A stretch of 64,000 nucleotides of DNA from Eledone cirrhosa (taxonomy: Eukaryota), in contig OZ024743.1 of assembly GCA_964016885.1 (NCBI GenBank), forward strand, positions 123,008,001 to 123,072,000, written 5' to 3'. The position numbers and the translations under genes are program-made. Shown here piece by piece: positions 46,285 to 59,720 of this stretch. The stretch's first letter is position 1, and every line of letters starts with the position of its first letter. The notes under the pieces are model-generated. The model searched no databases. It saw only the letters and a list, made by a program, of their open reading frames with translations, and had not been told where the DNA came from.

Positions 46285-48410
46285 CCTTGAATCTCAGTCA
46301 TTGATGTTGGTTAACTGGAAAGTCCGTTGGATTGAATATCAAGCCACTACCTGCAGCCTCAGATATTCAGGACGTATCGGAGGGTTCTTGCCGTTCCAAG
46401 CAAGCATGCCTTTTGAAGCGTTCCAAAAAGCGTGAAGGGGCCGATTTTCTTTAACCATCCCTGGAAACCTTTGGAGATAGTCCCCAGTGCGCCTATGACA
46501 ATCGGGATCACTTTGACTTCATGGCAGTTCCAAATCCTTTTCACCTCCCACTTTAGGTCCTGGTATCGGTTAATTTTCTCCCTCTCCTTCTCTTGCACTC
46601 TCGTGTCGAACGGGCAGGCCACATCCACAATCAGGCACGATCTTTTTTCTTTGTCCACAACCACCAGGTCAGGTCTATTGTGTTCCAGTTTTTTGTCCGT
46701 CTGTATCCTAAAATCCCACAGCACCTTCACCTGACTGTTCTCCATCACCGCCTCTGGCCTATGCTCATACCATTTCTCAGAATGTGGTAGATTGTTTACT
46801 TTGCACAGGTGCCAGTGGATCACCCTGCCCATCACATCGTGTCTCCAGCCCTTATAGTGGGTCTGGGCTAGGTGTTTACACTCGGACACAATGTGAGCCA
46901 CAGTCTCCTCTCTCTCTCCACAGATCCTGCACAGTGGGCTAGCCTCCTCCTTGTAGATATGGTGCTTCAACCACTTCGTTTTGAGGGCCTGCTCCTGCGC
47001 AGCCATTAGCATTCCTTCTGTAGCCTTTTTGAGGTCTCCTCTTCTCAACCAGTTCCATGTCTGTGGATCTCTAAATTCAGTTTTCTCAAAGAAGGTACTA
47101 TGAAGGGATTTTCCCTTAAGGCTGCTCTTCCTCCTTGATGTTATTTCCTCCTTGGGTATCCCCTGGCCTACTGTCCCCTCCTTCAGTACAGCTCTGAGCA
47201 TTGGCTCCTTACTATAGGTCACGTATTTGTATAGGTTGTTTTTCTCCATCTGAACACAGTCCTCTATGCTGATAAGACCTCTTCCACCCTCAGATCTCCT
47301 TAGGTAGAGTCTATCGACATCACTCCTCTTGTGGAACATGTTGTAGATAGTCAATAGCTTCCTAGTCTTCCTATCCATTTCTTTTTGTTCAGCAACATTC
47401 CATCTCAGGATTCCCGCACTGTACCTAATAATAGACACAGCTCGGGAATTTACTGCGCTTATGGCATTTCTGCTGTTCAGATGTGACTTCAATACGCTCC
47501 TTACTCTCCGAATGTATTCAGTTCTTAACAATTCCTTCATTTTTTTGTTCTTTATGCCATCAGCCTCCAGAACGCCCAAATACTTGTATCCTTCCTCAGA
47601 GTCAATTTCCTTTATCATCTCACCTGTTGGTATCTGGATCCCGTTACTTCTGCTCAACCTACCCCTCCTCATCACAATGACTCCACATTTACCAATACCA
47701 AACTGCATACATATATCACTGCTGAAAATACGGACAGTGTCAACAAGCACATCCAACTCCTTCTCACTTTTCCCGAAGAGCTTAAGATCGTCCATGAAGA
47801 GGAGGTGATTGATGGTAAGCTCTCCCCTTCCCAACTTGTATCCTGCTCTCACTTTTCGCAGCATAATGGTCAAGGGCATCAGGGCAAGGACAAACAACAG
47901 AGGGGACAGGCTATCTCCCTGGAAGATACCTCTCTTGATCTTCACGCTTCCCAAGGATACTCCAGTTGATGTCAACTCTGTCTCCCAGGACCCCATACTC
48001 CTGCCCAGCAACTGTCTGATGTTATCTGCCACCCTGAAGATCTCCAGGCTTTTGGTGATCCAGGAATGAGGCACCATGTCAAATGCCTTTCTGTAGTCTA
48101 TCCATCCCATGGCAAGATCAGTGTGTCTCCTCCTGCAATTCCCCATTACCATCTTATCAATAAGCAACTGGTCCTTTGTACCACGTGACTTCTTTCGGCA
48201 TCCTTTCTGTTCGTCCGGCAACAAGTTGTTTGTGTGGAGGTGATGGTAGATTTCCTCAGACACAATGCTCGTCAACAGTTTCCACATTACGGGCAGACAT
48301 GTGATAGCTCTATAGTTGGTAACATCATTACCCTTGATTCGGTCTTTCATTATCAGAACTGTGGTACCTTTTGTCAACCACTCTGGCACCTCACCCGACA
48401 CCAAGCAGTC
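46285..48410 (-). mobile_element. R4/Dong-like RLE non-LTR retrotransposon, 5'-truncated, flanked by (TAA)n
   Basis: Contains the uninterrupted ORF 46359-48404; (ATT)n at both junctions. Confidence 0.95.
46359..48404 (-). CDS. Reverse transcriptase, CCHC finger and restriction-like endonuclease (partial, 681 aa)
   Basis: [52 protein letters not shown] and RPD..D..K motifs. Confidence 0.92.
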   Translation of the reverse strand: MVSGEVPEWLTKGTTVLIMKDRIKGNDVTNYRAITCLPVMWKLLTSIVSEEIYHHLHTNNLLPDEQKGCRKKSRGTKDQLLIDKMVMGNCRRRHTDLAMGWIDYRKAFDMVPHSWITKSLEIFRVADNIRQLLGRSMGSWETELTSTGVSLGSVKIKRGIFQGDSLSPLLFVLALMPLTIMLRKVRAGYKLGRGELTINHLLFMDDLKLFGKSEKELDVLVDTVRIFSSDICMQFGIGKCGVIVMRRGRLSRSNGIQIPTGEMIKEIDSEEGYKYLGVLEADGIKNKKMKELLRTEYIRRVRSVLKSHLNSRNAISAVNSRAVSIIRYSAGILRWNVAEQKEMDRKTRKLLTIYNMFHKRSDVDRLYLRRSEGGRGLISIEDCVQMEKNNLYKYVTYSKEPMLRAVLKEGTVGQGIPKEEITSRRKSSLKGKSLHSTFFEKTEFRDPQTWNWLRRGDLKKATEGMLMAAQEQALKTKWLKHHIYKEEASPLCRICGEREETVAHIVSECKHLAQTHYKGWRHDVMGRVIHWHLCKVNNLPHSEKWYEHRPEAVMENSQVKVLWDFRIQTDKKLEHNRPDLVVVDKEKRSCLIVDVACPFDTRVQEKEREKINRYQDLKWEVKRIWNCHEVKVIPIVIGALGTISKGFQGWLKKIGPFTLFGTLQKACLLGTARTLRYVLNI

Positions 48411-48423
48411 ATTATTATTATTA

Positions 48424-49078
48424 CAGTTATCACCAAGTCACAACCAGTGACCTCAAGAGACAACAAGGTCAGCCATGTTCAAGAAAGAACATACATAGAC
48501 ACACATGCATCTTTAGGTGTTTAGACTTGTGATGTACTTATATTGACAGAATCTTCCTTAGTATATGTGCAGTTCCCATTAGTACTATCTTTTGTATTTC
48601 TCCTATACGCGGGTTTCCTGGGATTTGTGATAAGTAATCATTAGACCCCTTAGGTATCATTCCTAGAGCGCCTACAACCACTGGTATTGTTTTAGTTCTC
48701 AATTTCCACATTTTTCCAATTTCTATCTCCAGGTCCTTATACTTGCTCAATTTTTCAAATGTGTTTATAGATACATTCTTGTCTATTGGAACGGATATAT
48801 CAATTAGCAGGCATACTCTCTTTTTAAAGTCCTTCAGTATTATATCAGGTCTATTTGCATCTATTTTTCGGTGTGTTTGGATGCTAAAGTTCGACAAGAT
48901 TGAGATGTGATCTTTTTCAAGTATGGGAGATGGTTGATGCTCCCACCATTTCTTTTGATGGGGCAGGTCAAAATGCTTACACATTATCCAATGTATGTAT
49001 TGTGCAGCTCTGTCATGCCTGTTTAGGTATTCGGTTGGAGCTATAGGACTGCACATTGAAATCCTATTATCAATGGTT
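48424..49078 (-). mobile_element. R4/Dong-like family 2, 3' fragment (RLE domain)
   Basis: ORF 48538-49056: RHD, NRPDII..IDISVP..EKLSKY, IPVVVGALG. Confidence 0.92.
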
Positions 49079-49098
49079 ATTATTATTATTATTATTTT

Positions 49099-49135
49099 GG
49101 GTAATTGCTGGCCTTGTGGCTAAAGTAGAAACAAT
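49099..49135 (+). mobile_element. SINE 3' tail fragment
   Basis: GGGTAATTGCTGGCCTTGTGGCTAAAGTAGAAACAATT between ATT runs. Confidence 0.85.
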
Positions 49136-49149
49136 TATTATTATTATTA

Positions 49150-50243
49150 TGTGGTCGCCGTTCGCCAGTCTCATTTTCCCACAGCTCGTCTCCTTGACGG
49201 AGCTGCAGTCCTGGGTCAGAAAAAGACCGAGGGATAGCGCTTGGAAACTGGAATGTCTCCAGGCGCTCACTGCCCTCTCCCAGTTGGGCACCAGTATCGG
49301 TGGAACATCCACCTCGGCGTTCTATAGAGGACTAGTAGAGGGGAAGAGCGACGACGTTCTCGGAGAGATCCTGGGCGTCGAAGAAGATCAGCTGCTTGCT
49401 CTCTTCCGGAGAACTTTCAGCCCGGGGCCTATGGATAACTTCCAAAAATCCCTGGCCTGGGAGTGCTGCCGGGGAGCGCTGCCGGTTCGAGATAAGCTCT
49501 ACAGGCACGGAAGTGCCGTCAGCCGAGCCTGTCCGAGATGCGCGCATAGCGACGAAACCGTTGTGCACGCACTCGTTCAGTGCCCGAGCATTGCTGACTT
49601 GTGGCGCTATGTCGAACAGTTGCTGTCACGTGTGGGACTGATCCGGTTGTCGACTGAGTCCATTATGCAGATGGTCTCGCCGTCTTCCTTTGAGGAGGAA
49701 GGGCAGGCGGTTTTCATCTGCCTGGTGGCCATGGCGAAAGAGATTGTGTGGTGTACAAGGTTAAAAGGATTAAAGACAAACACTTTCCTCTTCGGCGAAT
49801 CCCTGATTAACTTTTTCAAGTTTCACTTGAAGAGGAAAATCAGGGCGGAGAGGCAAGTGCTGCCTTCTAGCAAGTTTGTTGAAAGGTGGGTGAATGTAGC
49901 GAGAATGGTCCGAGTGACCGGGACCACTCTGAATATACGTCTGTAGTATGAGAGATGGAAAAATTGAGAGAGGGCGCTTGCCCTGTTAGTCAGGGTGGCC
50001 ATGGTCTTTTGTGTGGTTTTCGCCACGAGTAACCCTCGGAGGTTTCCCCCCTATTGGGGAATTTTTCATTGTTTCAATTTTCATTTTATTGTTTATATAT
50101 ATATATGTGTTATGTCTTTTTTCTTTTCTTATATAAATAATAAAAATATTTACACGCACAAAACCCACATCGTACCTTCCTGTACCGCCCTGTTCCGTCT
50201 GTGATGTTTTTCTTGATGTCAGTCCTTGTGGCCAATAAAGAAA

Positions 50244-50245
<2 letters not shown>
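49150..50245 (+). mobile_element. Tx1-like LINE subfamily A, 3' fragment
   Basis: Highly similar to 44132-45239; ends AATAAAGAAATC then (ATT)n. Confidence 0.93.
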
Positions 50246-50306
<61 letters not shown>

Positions 50307-50308
<2 letters not shown>

Positions 50309-50381
50309 TGTACCGTCCTGTATTGTCCTGTACTGTCCTTAGTGTCTACTTTATGTAAACCCTTGAGGTTAATAAAGACAG

Positions 50382-50382
<1 letters not shown>
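50307..50382 (+). mobile_element. Tx1-like subfamily B, extreme 3' end
   Basis: Matches 46156-46231. Confidence 0.88.
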
Positions 50383-50431
<49 letters not shown>

Positions 50432-50432
<1 letters not shown>

Positions 50433-50751
50433 AGCTGCATTTATCTTGCTTTATATTCATACGAGTTATCACCAAGTCACAACCAGTGACCTCAAGAGAC
50501 AACAAGGTCCGCCATGTTCAAGAAAGAACATACATACTCACACATGCATCTTTAGGTGTTTAGACTTGTGATATACTTATATTGACAGAATCTTCCTTAG
50601 TATATGGGCAGTTCCCATTAGTACTGTCTTTTGTATTTCTCCTATACGCGGGTTTCCTGGGATTTGCGATAAGTAATCATTAGACCCCTTAGGTATCATT
50701 CATTCCTAGAGCGTCTACAACCACTGGTATTGTTTTAGTTCTCAATTTCCA

Positions 50752-50753
<2 letters not shown>
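50432..50753 (-). mobile_element. R4/Dong-like family 2, extreme 3' fragment
   Basis: Near-identical to 48425-48710. Confidence 0.9.
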
Positions 50754-50804
<51 letters not shown>

Positions 50805-51395
50805 GGGGGGTGAATTGGCAGTATCGGTGGAGGTCGGACGCCATGCTTTGCAGCATAGAGTGACGGCCCTTTACGATCTGAGTTCAAATCCCGGCAGTTT
50901 AGCTTTGTCTTTTATCCTTACGGGGTCGATACAATAAAGCACCAGTAATGCATTGGATTCGATTTAATCGACTTTCTCCTCCCCCAAAATTGCTGGCCTT
51001 GTGCCTATATAAGAAACCATTATTATTATTATTGCTATGGATTGGCAGCATCGGTAGGGTGTCAGACAAGATGCTTTGCGGCATGTTGTTACGGCTCCTT
51101 TACGTTCTGAGTTCAAATCTCGCCGAGCTTAGCTTTGTCTTTAATCCTTACGGGATTGGTAAAATAAACTACCAGTGACGCATTAGGGAAAGTTTAATCA
51201 ACTTTCACTCCCCCAAAAATTGTTGGCCTTCTGCTTAAATCAGAAACCATTGTGAAACTGCGTGCAAATCATACAATTGTTAATTTTGCCTTTCATCCTT
51301 GCAGGTCAATAAAATAAACTACTAGAGAAAGTATTTGGGTATATTCTACTCGACCAACCACTTACTCCAAATTTCTGGCGTTTTAGAAATTATTA
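50805..51395 (+). mobile_element. Tandem SINE copies (50805-51020, 51037-51250, degenerate 51275-51395)
   Basis: Family homology; the first two are separated by (ATT)n. Confidence 0.88.
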
Positions 51396-51399
51396 TAAC

Positions 51400-53345
51400 T
51401 TTCAACTGCTTTATGCGAATTTCTGTAGCATCACTAGGTGTACCACCTTGTTTCTGAGGTGTGTGCATCAATGATGTTTGTGAAATGTACAGCAGTATTT
51501 GTATACTATACAAGCATTGCTTTGTTGTGTGGTTTTGTTTGATGTTTCTGATGCTATTTCAATATTATCTCTGTTGAGTAGAATATACGTAATGTCAGTT
51601 GTCTTATTTTATTGAGTGGTTATTGTATAAGGTATGTGCAGAGTGTGTATTGTTTGAAGCGTGCTATTGACATTATTCTCAATGCCTAGTGCATTGGTAG
51701 TCTTTTTACTTTCAAGCGTCTACATTCTGTTTATTTCAATTTCGAGGTATTCCCATTTTGACAACTTCTCAAACTCAGTGATTTGGTTAGAAGGGTTCGA
51801 GATGTCTATCAGCTTGTAGGCATTTTAGCTTTAATCTTTGATTATGCCTGGTCAGTTTACCTTGACCACCTCCACTTCCGTTTCTATAGGCATCTGCCAA
51901 GTGAATGCGGCCATGTCGTTTTCATACTTTTGCCATTTCTTGTTTGTTTTCAGATTTTGTATATTGTGGACATAATCCCGTCTCAGGGTATAATCAAACA
52001 ATGCAAAACGGATAACCGAAGTTGATGTAATCAACTGTTTTGTTCTAATAATTATACAGCCTACACTTGATGTTAGCAGCTCCTTTTACTCTTTCATTTC
52101 TGTAGTTGTTTATCGTTAGGTAGTAGCCTTCCGAAATTAGTATCTGACACCCTAATACAGCCTTTAACCAATAGTTTTGAACCATTCCTGGCTTATTTCC
52201 TCTCTGTTGAATCTTACAAGATATTGGCAAGTGGCAATGATTTTCTCTTCATTTTTTTCTTCAGTGTATTTTGGAACCTTCTTTTTGTTGTGATTGAGTG
52301 TGTGTATTATGAGTGTTTCTATGGAAGTGAGGGTGCTTATGGGTATTTTGAATTGTAGTTCCTTTTTCTCCCCACATCTTTCACTAGCTGTACTGTATAT
52401 TTTGTTGCTTGTGTGATAATCTCCATCGTATATTCATTTATAGAACGTATGGTAATGTCATTTTGTTGTTTCTTTCTTTTGTGTAGTCTTGCCTGTGATA
52501 TTTACCTGGTGGGTTCTCTTGAAGTGCTAACATTAGTTTCTTTCAGGTCATTCTTTATGTGTAGTCGGCTGTTTTGTTATATCTTCTGTGCGTTTTCTGC
52601 CAATAACTTTATCTATTTCATTATTTGGGATGTTATTATTTATTACAAATCTCGACAAATTTACTAGTGTGTTTGTTGTAATTTTTCATCACTTTTATAA
52701 TACTTGCGTATTTTAGATTTAGGTGTTGTTGGATAATGTGCATATAACATTTAAATGTAGTCTTTACTGGCCTCATTTCTGTTCGGTGTGTGGAGTGAAC
52801 ATCGCTGCTGAATTACATGTTACAAGAGTTTGTTTATGTAATAATTGCAATAAACCCGAACTACAAAATTCATGCTTTTACTATTTATTTGTTTCTGATT
52901 GGCGTATCCCTGTTTTTAAATAGCGTAGAGGTTATCTTATGATTGTTTGTTTAATAGTTTTGTTTTTATTTCGTATTTACAATTTCGTTTTGTTTTATCG
53001 TAAGAGTTTGTGTGTATATATTTTTCGTGTGTGTACTGTATAAACAACAAAATTTGTGGGCAGCAATCACATGTAAATTGTGTAATGGTTGTACTTTCTG
53101 GGCTTGTTCTGTTTATGTTGTTGGTACTCTAAATTCCCTTCTGTTTTATTTCTCTCACATGCTGACCTCATTCCCATATTTTATATGATAATCACGTTCT
53201 TTTGTATAAACATCTACTTACTCTGTGTATTTAATTGATATCAATCTTTTTTATACATCCACTTATATATAGTACAATGTCTTTAAGTTTTCCATCGATT
53301 TTACATAATGTTTTGCAATCTCTATACATAATGTTTATATCGTAT
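51400..53345 (-). mobile_element. Highly degenerate R4-like LINE remnant
   Basis: Minus-strand relics PGMVQNYWLKA and YLEIE; A-rich coding-like composition; ATT/TAA flanks. Confidence 0.5.
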
Positions 53346-53374
53346 GTCCATTATTATTATTATCAAGGGTGGTA

Positions 53375-53800
53375 GGGTGGTGGATTGGCAGTATCGGTAG
53401 AGGGTCGGACGCCATGCTTTGATGCATAGAGTTACGGCCATTTCCAATCTGAGTTCAAATCCCGCCGAGGTTAACTTTGCCTTTCATCCTTACGGGGTCG
53501 ATAAAATAAAGTACCAGTAATGCATTGGGTAATTGCTGGCCTCGTGCCAAAAGTAGAAACAATTATTATCAAGGGTGGTGGATTGGCAGTATCGGTAGGG
53601 CGCCGGACGCTCTGCTTTGCAGCATAGAGTTATGGCCTTTTACGTTCTGAGTTCAAATCCTGCCGAGGTTAGCTTTGCTTTTCATTCTTACAGGGTCGAT
53701 AAAATAAAGCACCAGTCAGGCACCAGGGTCGATTTAATCGGCTTTCTCCCCCCCCCCCCCCAAAAAAAAATTTCTGGCCTTGTGCCTAAATCAGAAATCA
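53375..53800 (+). mobile_element. Two tandem SINE copies (53375-53562, 53572-53800)
   Basis: Family homology; duplicated ATTATTATCAAGGGTGGT. Confidence 0.92.
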
Positions 53801-54268
53801 TCATCATCATTATTATTATTACTATTACGCTAAATGATGGAATCAGTAGAATAATTGACAAAATACTTTGCGATAGGAAGTTATGTTCTGGAAGTAAGTA
53901 ACTCGGATCCTGATGAAGTCGACTAAGCTTTTCTTCCTTCCGGAGTAGATACAATACTGTGCTAGTGAACTAGCCAAGAAAGTATAATAGAAATTTCCCT
54001 ACTTCAAAATGTGTGGCTTTTTGTCTTGGTTAGAAATCATCATCGTTAGCAGTAGCTGATTACTCAAAAGAGGAACTAAGCTCAGGTGAAGCGAACAATA
54101 TCTCCAGACTGTCTGTGATGTTAGCATATAAACATCTCCCACACACCTGAACAAGACTGACTGAAACTGTTTACATATGTGTATAATTGATTACAACACA
54201 TGCATACACACGCGCAAACTCGCACATATACATGTTTACACACACACACACACGCGCGCACACACATT

Positions 54269-54324
<56 letters not shown>

Positions 54325-54350
54325 TATATATGTATGTATATATGTATATA

Positions 54351-54413
<63 letters not shown>

Positions 54414-54492
54414 GTATATATATGTATATATATATATATTTATATATATAAATATATATATATGTATGTATATATCTATATATATATATATG

Positions 54493-54543
<51 letters not shown>

Positions 54544-54588
54544 GTTTATATATATGTATATATATATGTATATGTTAATATTTATATA

Positions 54589-54639
<51 letters not shown>

Positions 54640-55786
54640 TATGTATATATAAAAAAAAATATATATATATATATATATAAATACAAATTTTAGTACAGCA
54701 TCAACGAAGCTTTTGGCTGCGGCTAAGCTAACGAATGCAGATTGGGAAAGAAGCTTAGCACTCGATGGCGAATATTACCCCAGAGTTATAACAATACGTT
54801 TAGACAGCTTTGCAAATCCAATATAGCTACCGACAGTCTGGCCGCATTGCCATAGCAACGAAAAAAACTGAACTCAGGAAAAGTATATATATATATATAT
54901 GTGTGTGTGCATATGCATGTGTTTGTGCGTACTCACACGAATATATGCATCCACAATGGAGTAGCTTACGTATACATTTTATGTATGAGCGTGCTTCAAA
55001 ACCACATATATATCTAAAATACAATTACATGCATCCGTAATTCGGATAGTTTTGAACGTCTGCCACCTAAATATTTGTAATCTTGTGTGTGAATGCAAAC
55101 ATGCTTATATCTCCACGGTGCTTGACTAATGAGTGACACAATACTTCAAAGAATATCATTCTTACTTGTCGAAAATTTGAGTCATCCGTATATTTCACGG
55201 GGCCATCACAAATTCTAAAACTTTTAACGTAATCCAAGCGGTTGAGTTTTATATGTTTAGTTTTTAGTTCTATACGAAGCCATCCAAACGATCAACAGTA
55301 TCGAAAGACATGGAGAGGCGGGAGAGGTTTCTAGACCTCGTTAATACTTTCCTAGACTTCTACGATGTATTCTGAAGTGTATCTTTGTGTGTATGTGCCT
55401 GTGCTTGTGCCTCCGTGAGTGTATGTGTGTGTGCGTGCGTGTGTGTGTGAATAAGTGAGTAATAGTTTGTATTATGGGTTAAGGTCCTGAGAAACTTATG
55501 AGTTAAAAAAAGTGTTCTTCATGCTAATTGAGTCATATCATCGCGGTGAACTGTAGTAGGTTTTCAGCCGTAAATATGTTCCACTTCAGTAGAGTAGAAA
55601 CTCTTTTTACTTCACACCTTTAACTCTTTCATGAGTCAGCATATTCGAAATAAAGATTTTATTTATTTAGTCCCTTAGCTATTTTATTAATTAATTTATT
55701 TGTTTCCTTTATTTTTCTTTTGAAAAATGACGTGTTGTTGTTCTATGTTTAAATATCTATGTAAATTATGCGGTTTATTTACTTTT

Positions 55787-55937
55787 GGTAGGTGGCGAAT
55801 TGGCAGAACGACGGATAAAATGCTTTGCGGTATTCGTTTCAACTATTTGCTCTCTGAATTCAAATTGTGCCAAGGTCAACTTTTCCTTTCATCCATTTGA
55901 GGTTGAAAAAATATACCAGCCTAGTACTGGGGTCGAA
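55787..55937 (+). mobile_element. Older SINE copy
   Basis: TTGGCAGAA..GAATTCAAATT..CCTTTCATCC. Confidence 0.75.
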
Positions 55938-56355
55938 TCCTCCGCGATATCCTTTTTTCACTTCCATTCTCTCACTCTCTTCTTCCTTCTCTGGAAGATA
56001 TCTACTGTATTCAGACGTGGAGAGGATTGGGTTCCGACATATATCAATACGGCACCCATACGTCTCTCCCAGGAGTTACAGAACCATGCAACATGCATAT
56101 ATACTGGGGTACAGGAAAACAAAATTGTCTACACCGATTTAAATTTTCTTTAGAGAAATTAACGTTGTGTAACGCCAAAGAAATAACTATTATTAAGATT
56201 AGATTTGGGTGTCGATCTTTGAAATTATTCGCGATTTCCAGTTTGTTTAGTGTGCCACCGCTAATATGTTTTTCTCTCTATCTTTCTCTGTTTCTCTGTT
56301 TGTGCCGATATATATCTCTATATATATATATATAGGCACAAACAGAGAAAGAGAG

Positions 56356-56517
<162 letters not shown>

Positions 56518-56964
56518 TTAGAAACACACAGATACATGCGGACACACACATATATACCTGAATGCATCCGCACCCAACTGTGAGTTAAGGGTGCCAACTT
56601 CACCGATGTTGCTCAATGAATGACTGGGACAGACCATTTCAGTTTGAACCAGACTGAACCAGTATCAGAGTTAAAAATACATTATGAAGAGAGAAGAAAC
56701 ATTTAGATATAATTAGTAATAAAATGTATCATACCTAAACTGTTCCTAAATTCCTCGACTACGTAGTTTCGTGGCATAAACAAAAACAATATATCAAAGA
56801 TATAGAGTCCTTGCGAGGTCTGCCGACGTGGTATTTTCTTCGTGGTTATAAGAGGCTTAGCTCTATTTCTCGACCGTTATATCGCGTGACTGTCTCCCCC
56901 TCCGCCTTTTGGGATTCTTTCTCACGTCGTGTAGACGCGTTCTTGAGACTAGTAAAATGAGGTA

Positions 56965-57052
56965 TCCTCTTGATAAGTCGGCAGACCTCGCAAGGACTCT
57001 ATATCTTTGATATATTGTTTTTGTTTATGCCACGAAACTACGTAGTCGAGGA
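56965..57052 (+). ncRNA. Type I hammerhead ribozyme, U3-A8 variant, copy 1
   Basis: TCCTC-TTGATAA-GTCGGCA..TGCCAC-GAAAC-TACGTA-GTC-GAGGA; predicted cleavage after 57047. Confidence 0.82.
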
Positions 57053-57555
57053 ATTTAGGAACAGTTTAGGTATGATACATTTTATTACTAATTATATCTA
57101 AATGTTTCTTCTCTCTTCATAATGTATTTTTAACTCTGATACTGGTTCAGTCTGGTTCAAACTGAATTGGTCTGTCCCAGTCATTCATTGAGCAACATCG
57201 GTGAAGTTGGTACCCTTAACTCACAGTTGGGTGCGGATGCATTCATGTATATATGTGTGTGTCCGCATGTATCTGTGTGTTTCTAAATATATTAATAACT
57301 CCCTCTGGTCGAGCAATCTTTGAAGTGTGGGGACAACTGGAAAGCTTCCATTACTCATACTTCTCGCCTTCTTCACTACCTCTTCTACGGCCTCGATATG
57401 AATACCCCCTCCGCCTCCGTGGTATTTTCTTCGTGGTTATAAGAGGCTTAGCTCTGTTTCTCGACCGTTATATCGCGTGACTGTCTCCCCCTCCGCCTTT
57501 TGGGATTCTTTCTCACGTCGTGTAGACGCGTTCTTGAGACTAGTAAAATGAGGTA

Positions 57556-57643
57556 TCCTCTTGATAAGTCGGCAGACCTCGCAAGGACTCTATATCTTTG
57601 ATATATTGTTTTTGTTTATGCCACGAAACTACGTAGTCGAGGA
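57556..57643 (+). ncRNA. Type I hammerhead ribozyme, copy 2
   Basis: Identical to copy 1; predicted cleavage after 57638. Confidence 0.82.
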
Positions 57644-57712
57644 ATTTAGGAACAGTTTAGGTATGATACATTTTATTACTAATTATATCTAAATGTTTCT
57701 TCTCTCTTCATA

Positions 57713-57756
<44 letters not shown>

Positions 57757-58198
57757 CCTTTTTTGTTGCTTCTGACAGTTTTTTCCGTCTCTGTGAGTAT
57801 TTTACTCGATTTATTCAATTATTTTTCATAGTGATCGATAGTTTTTAGTCATACACACGAAAGCAAATACATACACACACATGCGCGTGCACACTCACAC
57901 AGACGCGCAAACACACGCATATATCTAATTGCTTGCTTTACACTGAGTATTTAGTTCCAAGTCTATTCTTAATACTATTTGAACAAGTCTATTCTTAATA
58001 CTATTTTAACTTGATATACATTGTTCCTTCTCATATCTTCCTGAAGAAATACAATTATATTTACTATGTATAGTATTAATAATTGATAATTGATTATTTC
58101 CAATTGTTTCCATATGCATTTACTATTGTAAGCGTATTGAAACGGACGTAGTAATTAAAAAATGCATTTAAGTTAACCTTTGTATTTTGCCACATTGA

Positions 58199-58239
<41 letters not shown>

Positions 58240-58241
<2 letters not shown>

Positions 58242-58523
58242 ATTGAGGTTTGTAATGACACATGGAATATATAAGAGACAGAATACTTTTTTGTGAAAAA
58301 ACATATAATTTTATAAGGTAAGGAAATAATAAAGGGTATAAAAAATGACCGGTTTCGATGGGTCTGCAGAAGCCATCTTTTCAAATGTTGATTAATATTA
58401 AGAAAAATTAATAATACGAAGAGTTAAAATTTGAGATTTGAAAATTCAAGTATAAAATTCATTGTGAGATTTCATAGTAGTTTTCATCTAGGTAGCAACA
58501 AGTTGACTGCTGTGTCCCTTTCT
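58240..58523 (-). mobile_element. Penelope-like pLTR fragment with minimal HHR (58342-58389)
   Basis: Minus strand TTGAAAA-GATGG/CCATC-GAAAC-CG-GTC. Confidence 0.75.
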
Positions 58524-58536
58524 GATATATATATAT

Positions 58537-58772
<236 letters not shown>

Positions 58773-59030
58773 CCCTAGGAATATATAAGTTTCAAATTTA
58801 GTGAAAGATTAACTGTGTAATTAACATGTGATCATACACAAAATACAATCAACACTTATTAGTTAGTTGGAAACATCTTGACCAATATAATTCACAAGCT
58901 CCATTTTATATGTCTGAAGTCATCGCGTACATCACTAGAGCTTTGCTAAAGACGTGAACGTCTCCTCTCCTAAAATACACATAATGTTTGTCTACTCAAA
59001 GGAAATCAATTAACATGAAAGTACTCTTAC

Positions 59031-59070
59031 CTGACAGTCCGTAATATAATTGCATTGTAGAAGAACTTAC
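59031..59070 (-). other. Candidate 40-nt exon / recursive splice site
   Basis: Minus strand TTTGCTTTCTTTCAG|GTAAGT..CTGTCAG|GTAAGAG. Confidence 0.45.
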
Positions 59071-59536
59071 CTGAAAGAAAGCAAAGTAAAACTTTTTACA
59101 ATAAATAAACTTCGGCAAAATGACAGGAAGTCAAAAGATATATATCACAGTTTTATTTGAGATGAGACTCTAAAAAGAACCGTCTGTATATAATAAATAT
59201 AACATAATGCGAATAGAGTTAAATTTGCAATAAATCAAGTGCTTTACTAGTTGAAGGTATTATTTACAAGATAATAAATACATTGCTTTGATCTAAGAAG
59301 ACTGGCGTTCCTTCTTAGGCTAAGCCAACATTATCGTCTTGAATAGTGATTTATGTCCTCTAATCTGAATATATTCCAATTTATTAGACTAAACCAAAAT
59401 AGTAATAACCGTAACGATAGACCATAAATATGCATTTCTGTTCAGTGTGTGTGTGTGCTTCTTTAAGTATACACTATTGCAACGTATATTTAACAATTTA
59501 CAGTCGTGTTTTTCTCACTTACTGATATTATTATTA

Positions 59537-59720
59537 TTGGCAGTATCAGTAGAGGGTCGGACGCCATGCTTTGATGCATAGAGTTACGGCCCTTTCCAAT
59601 CTGAGTTCAAATCCCGCTGAGGTTAAATCTGCCTTTCATCCTTACGAGGTCGATAAAATAAAGTACCAGTAATGCACTGGATAATTGCTGGCCTTGTGCC
59701 AAAAGTAGAATCAATTATTA
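59537..59720 (+). mobile_element. tRNA-derived SINE
   Basis: Family homology; ATT runs on both sides. Confidence 0.92.

Noticed and set aside
42918-51250. CRISPR-like reading of ATT runs separating inserts
   Set aside because: Eukaryotic DNA; the spacers are retroelement fragments of irregular size; no cas genes
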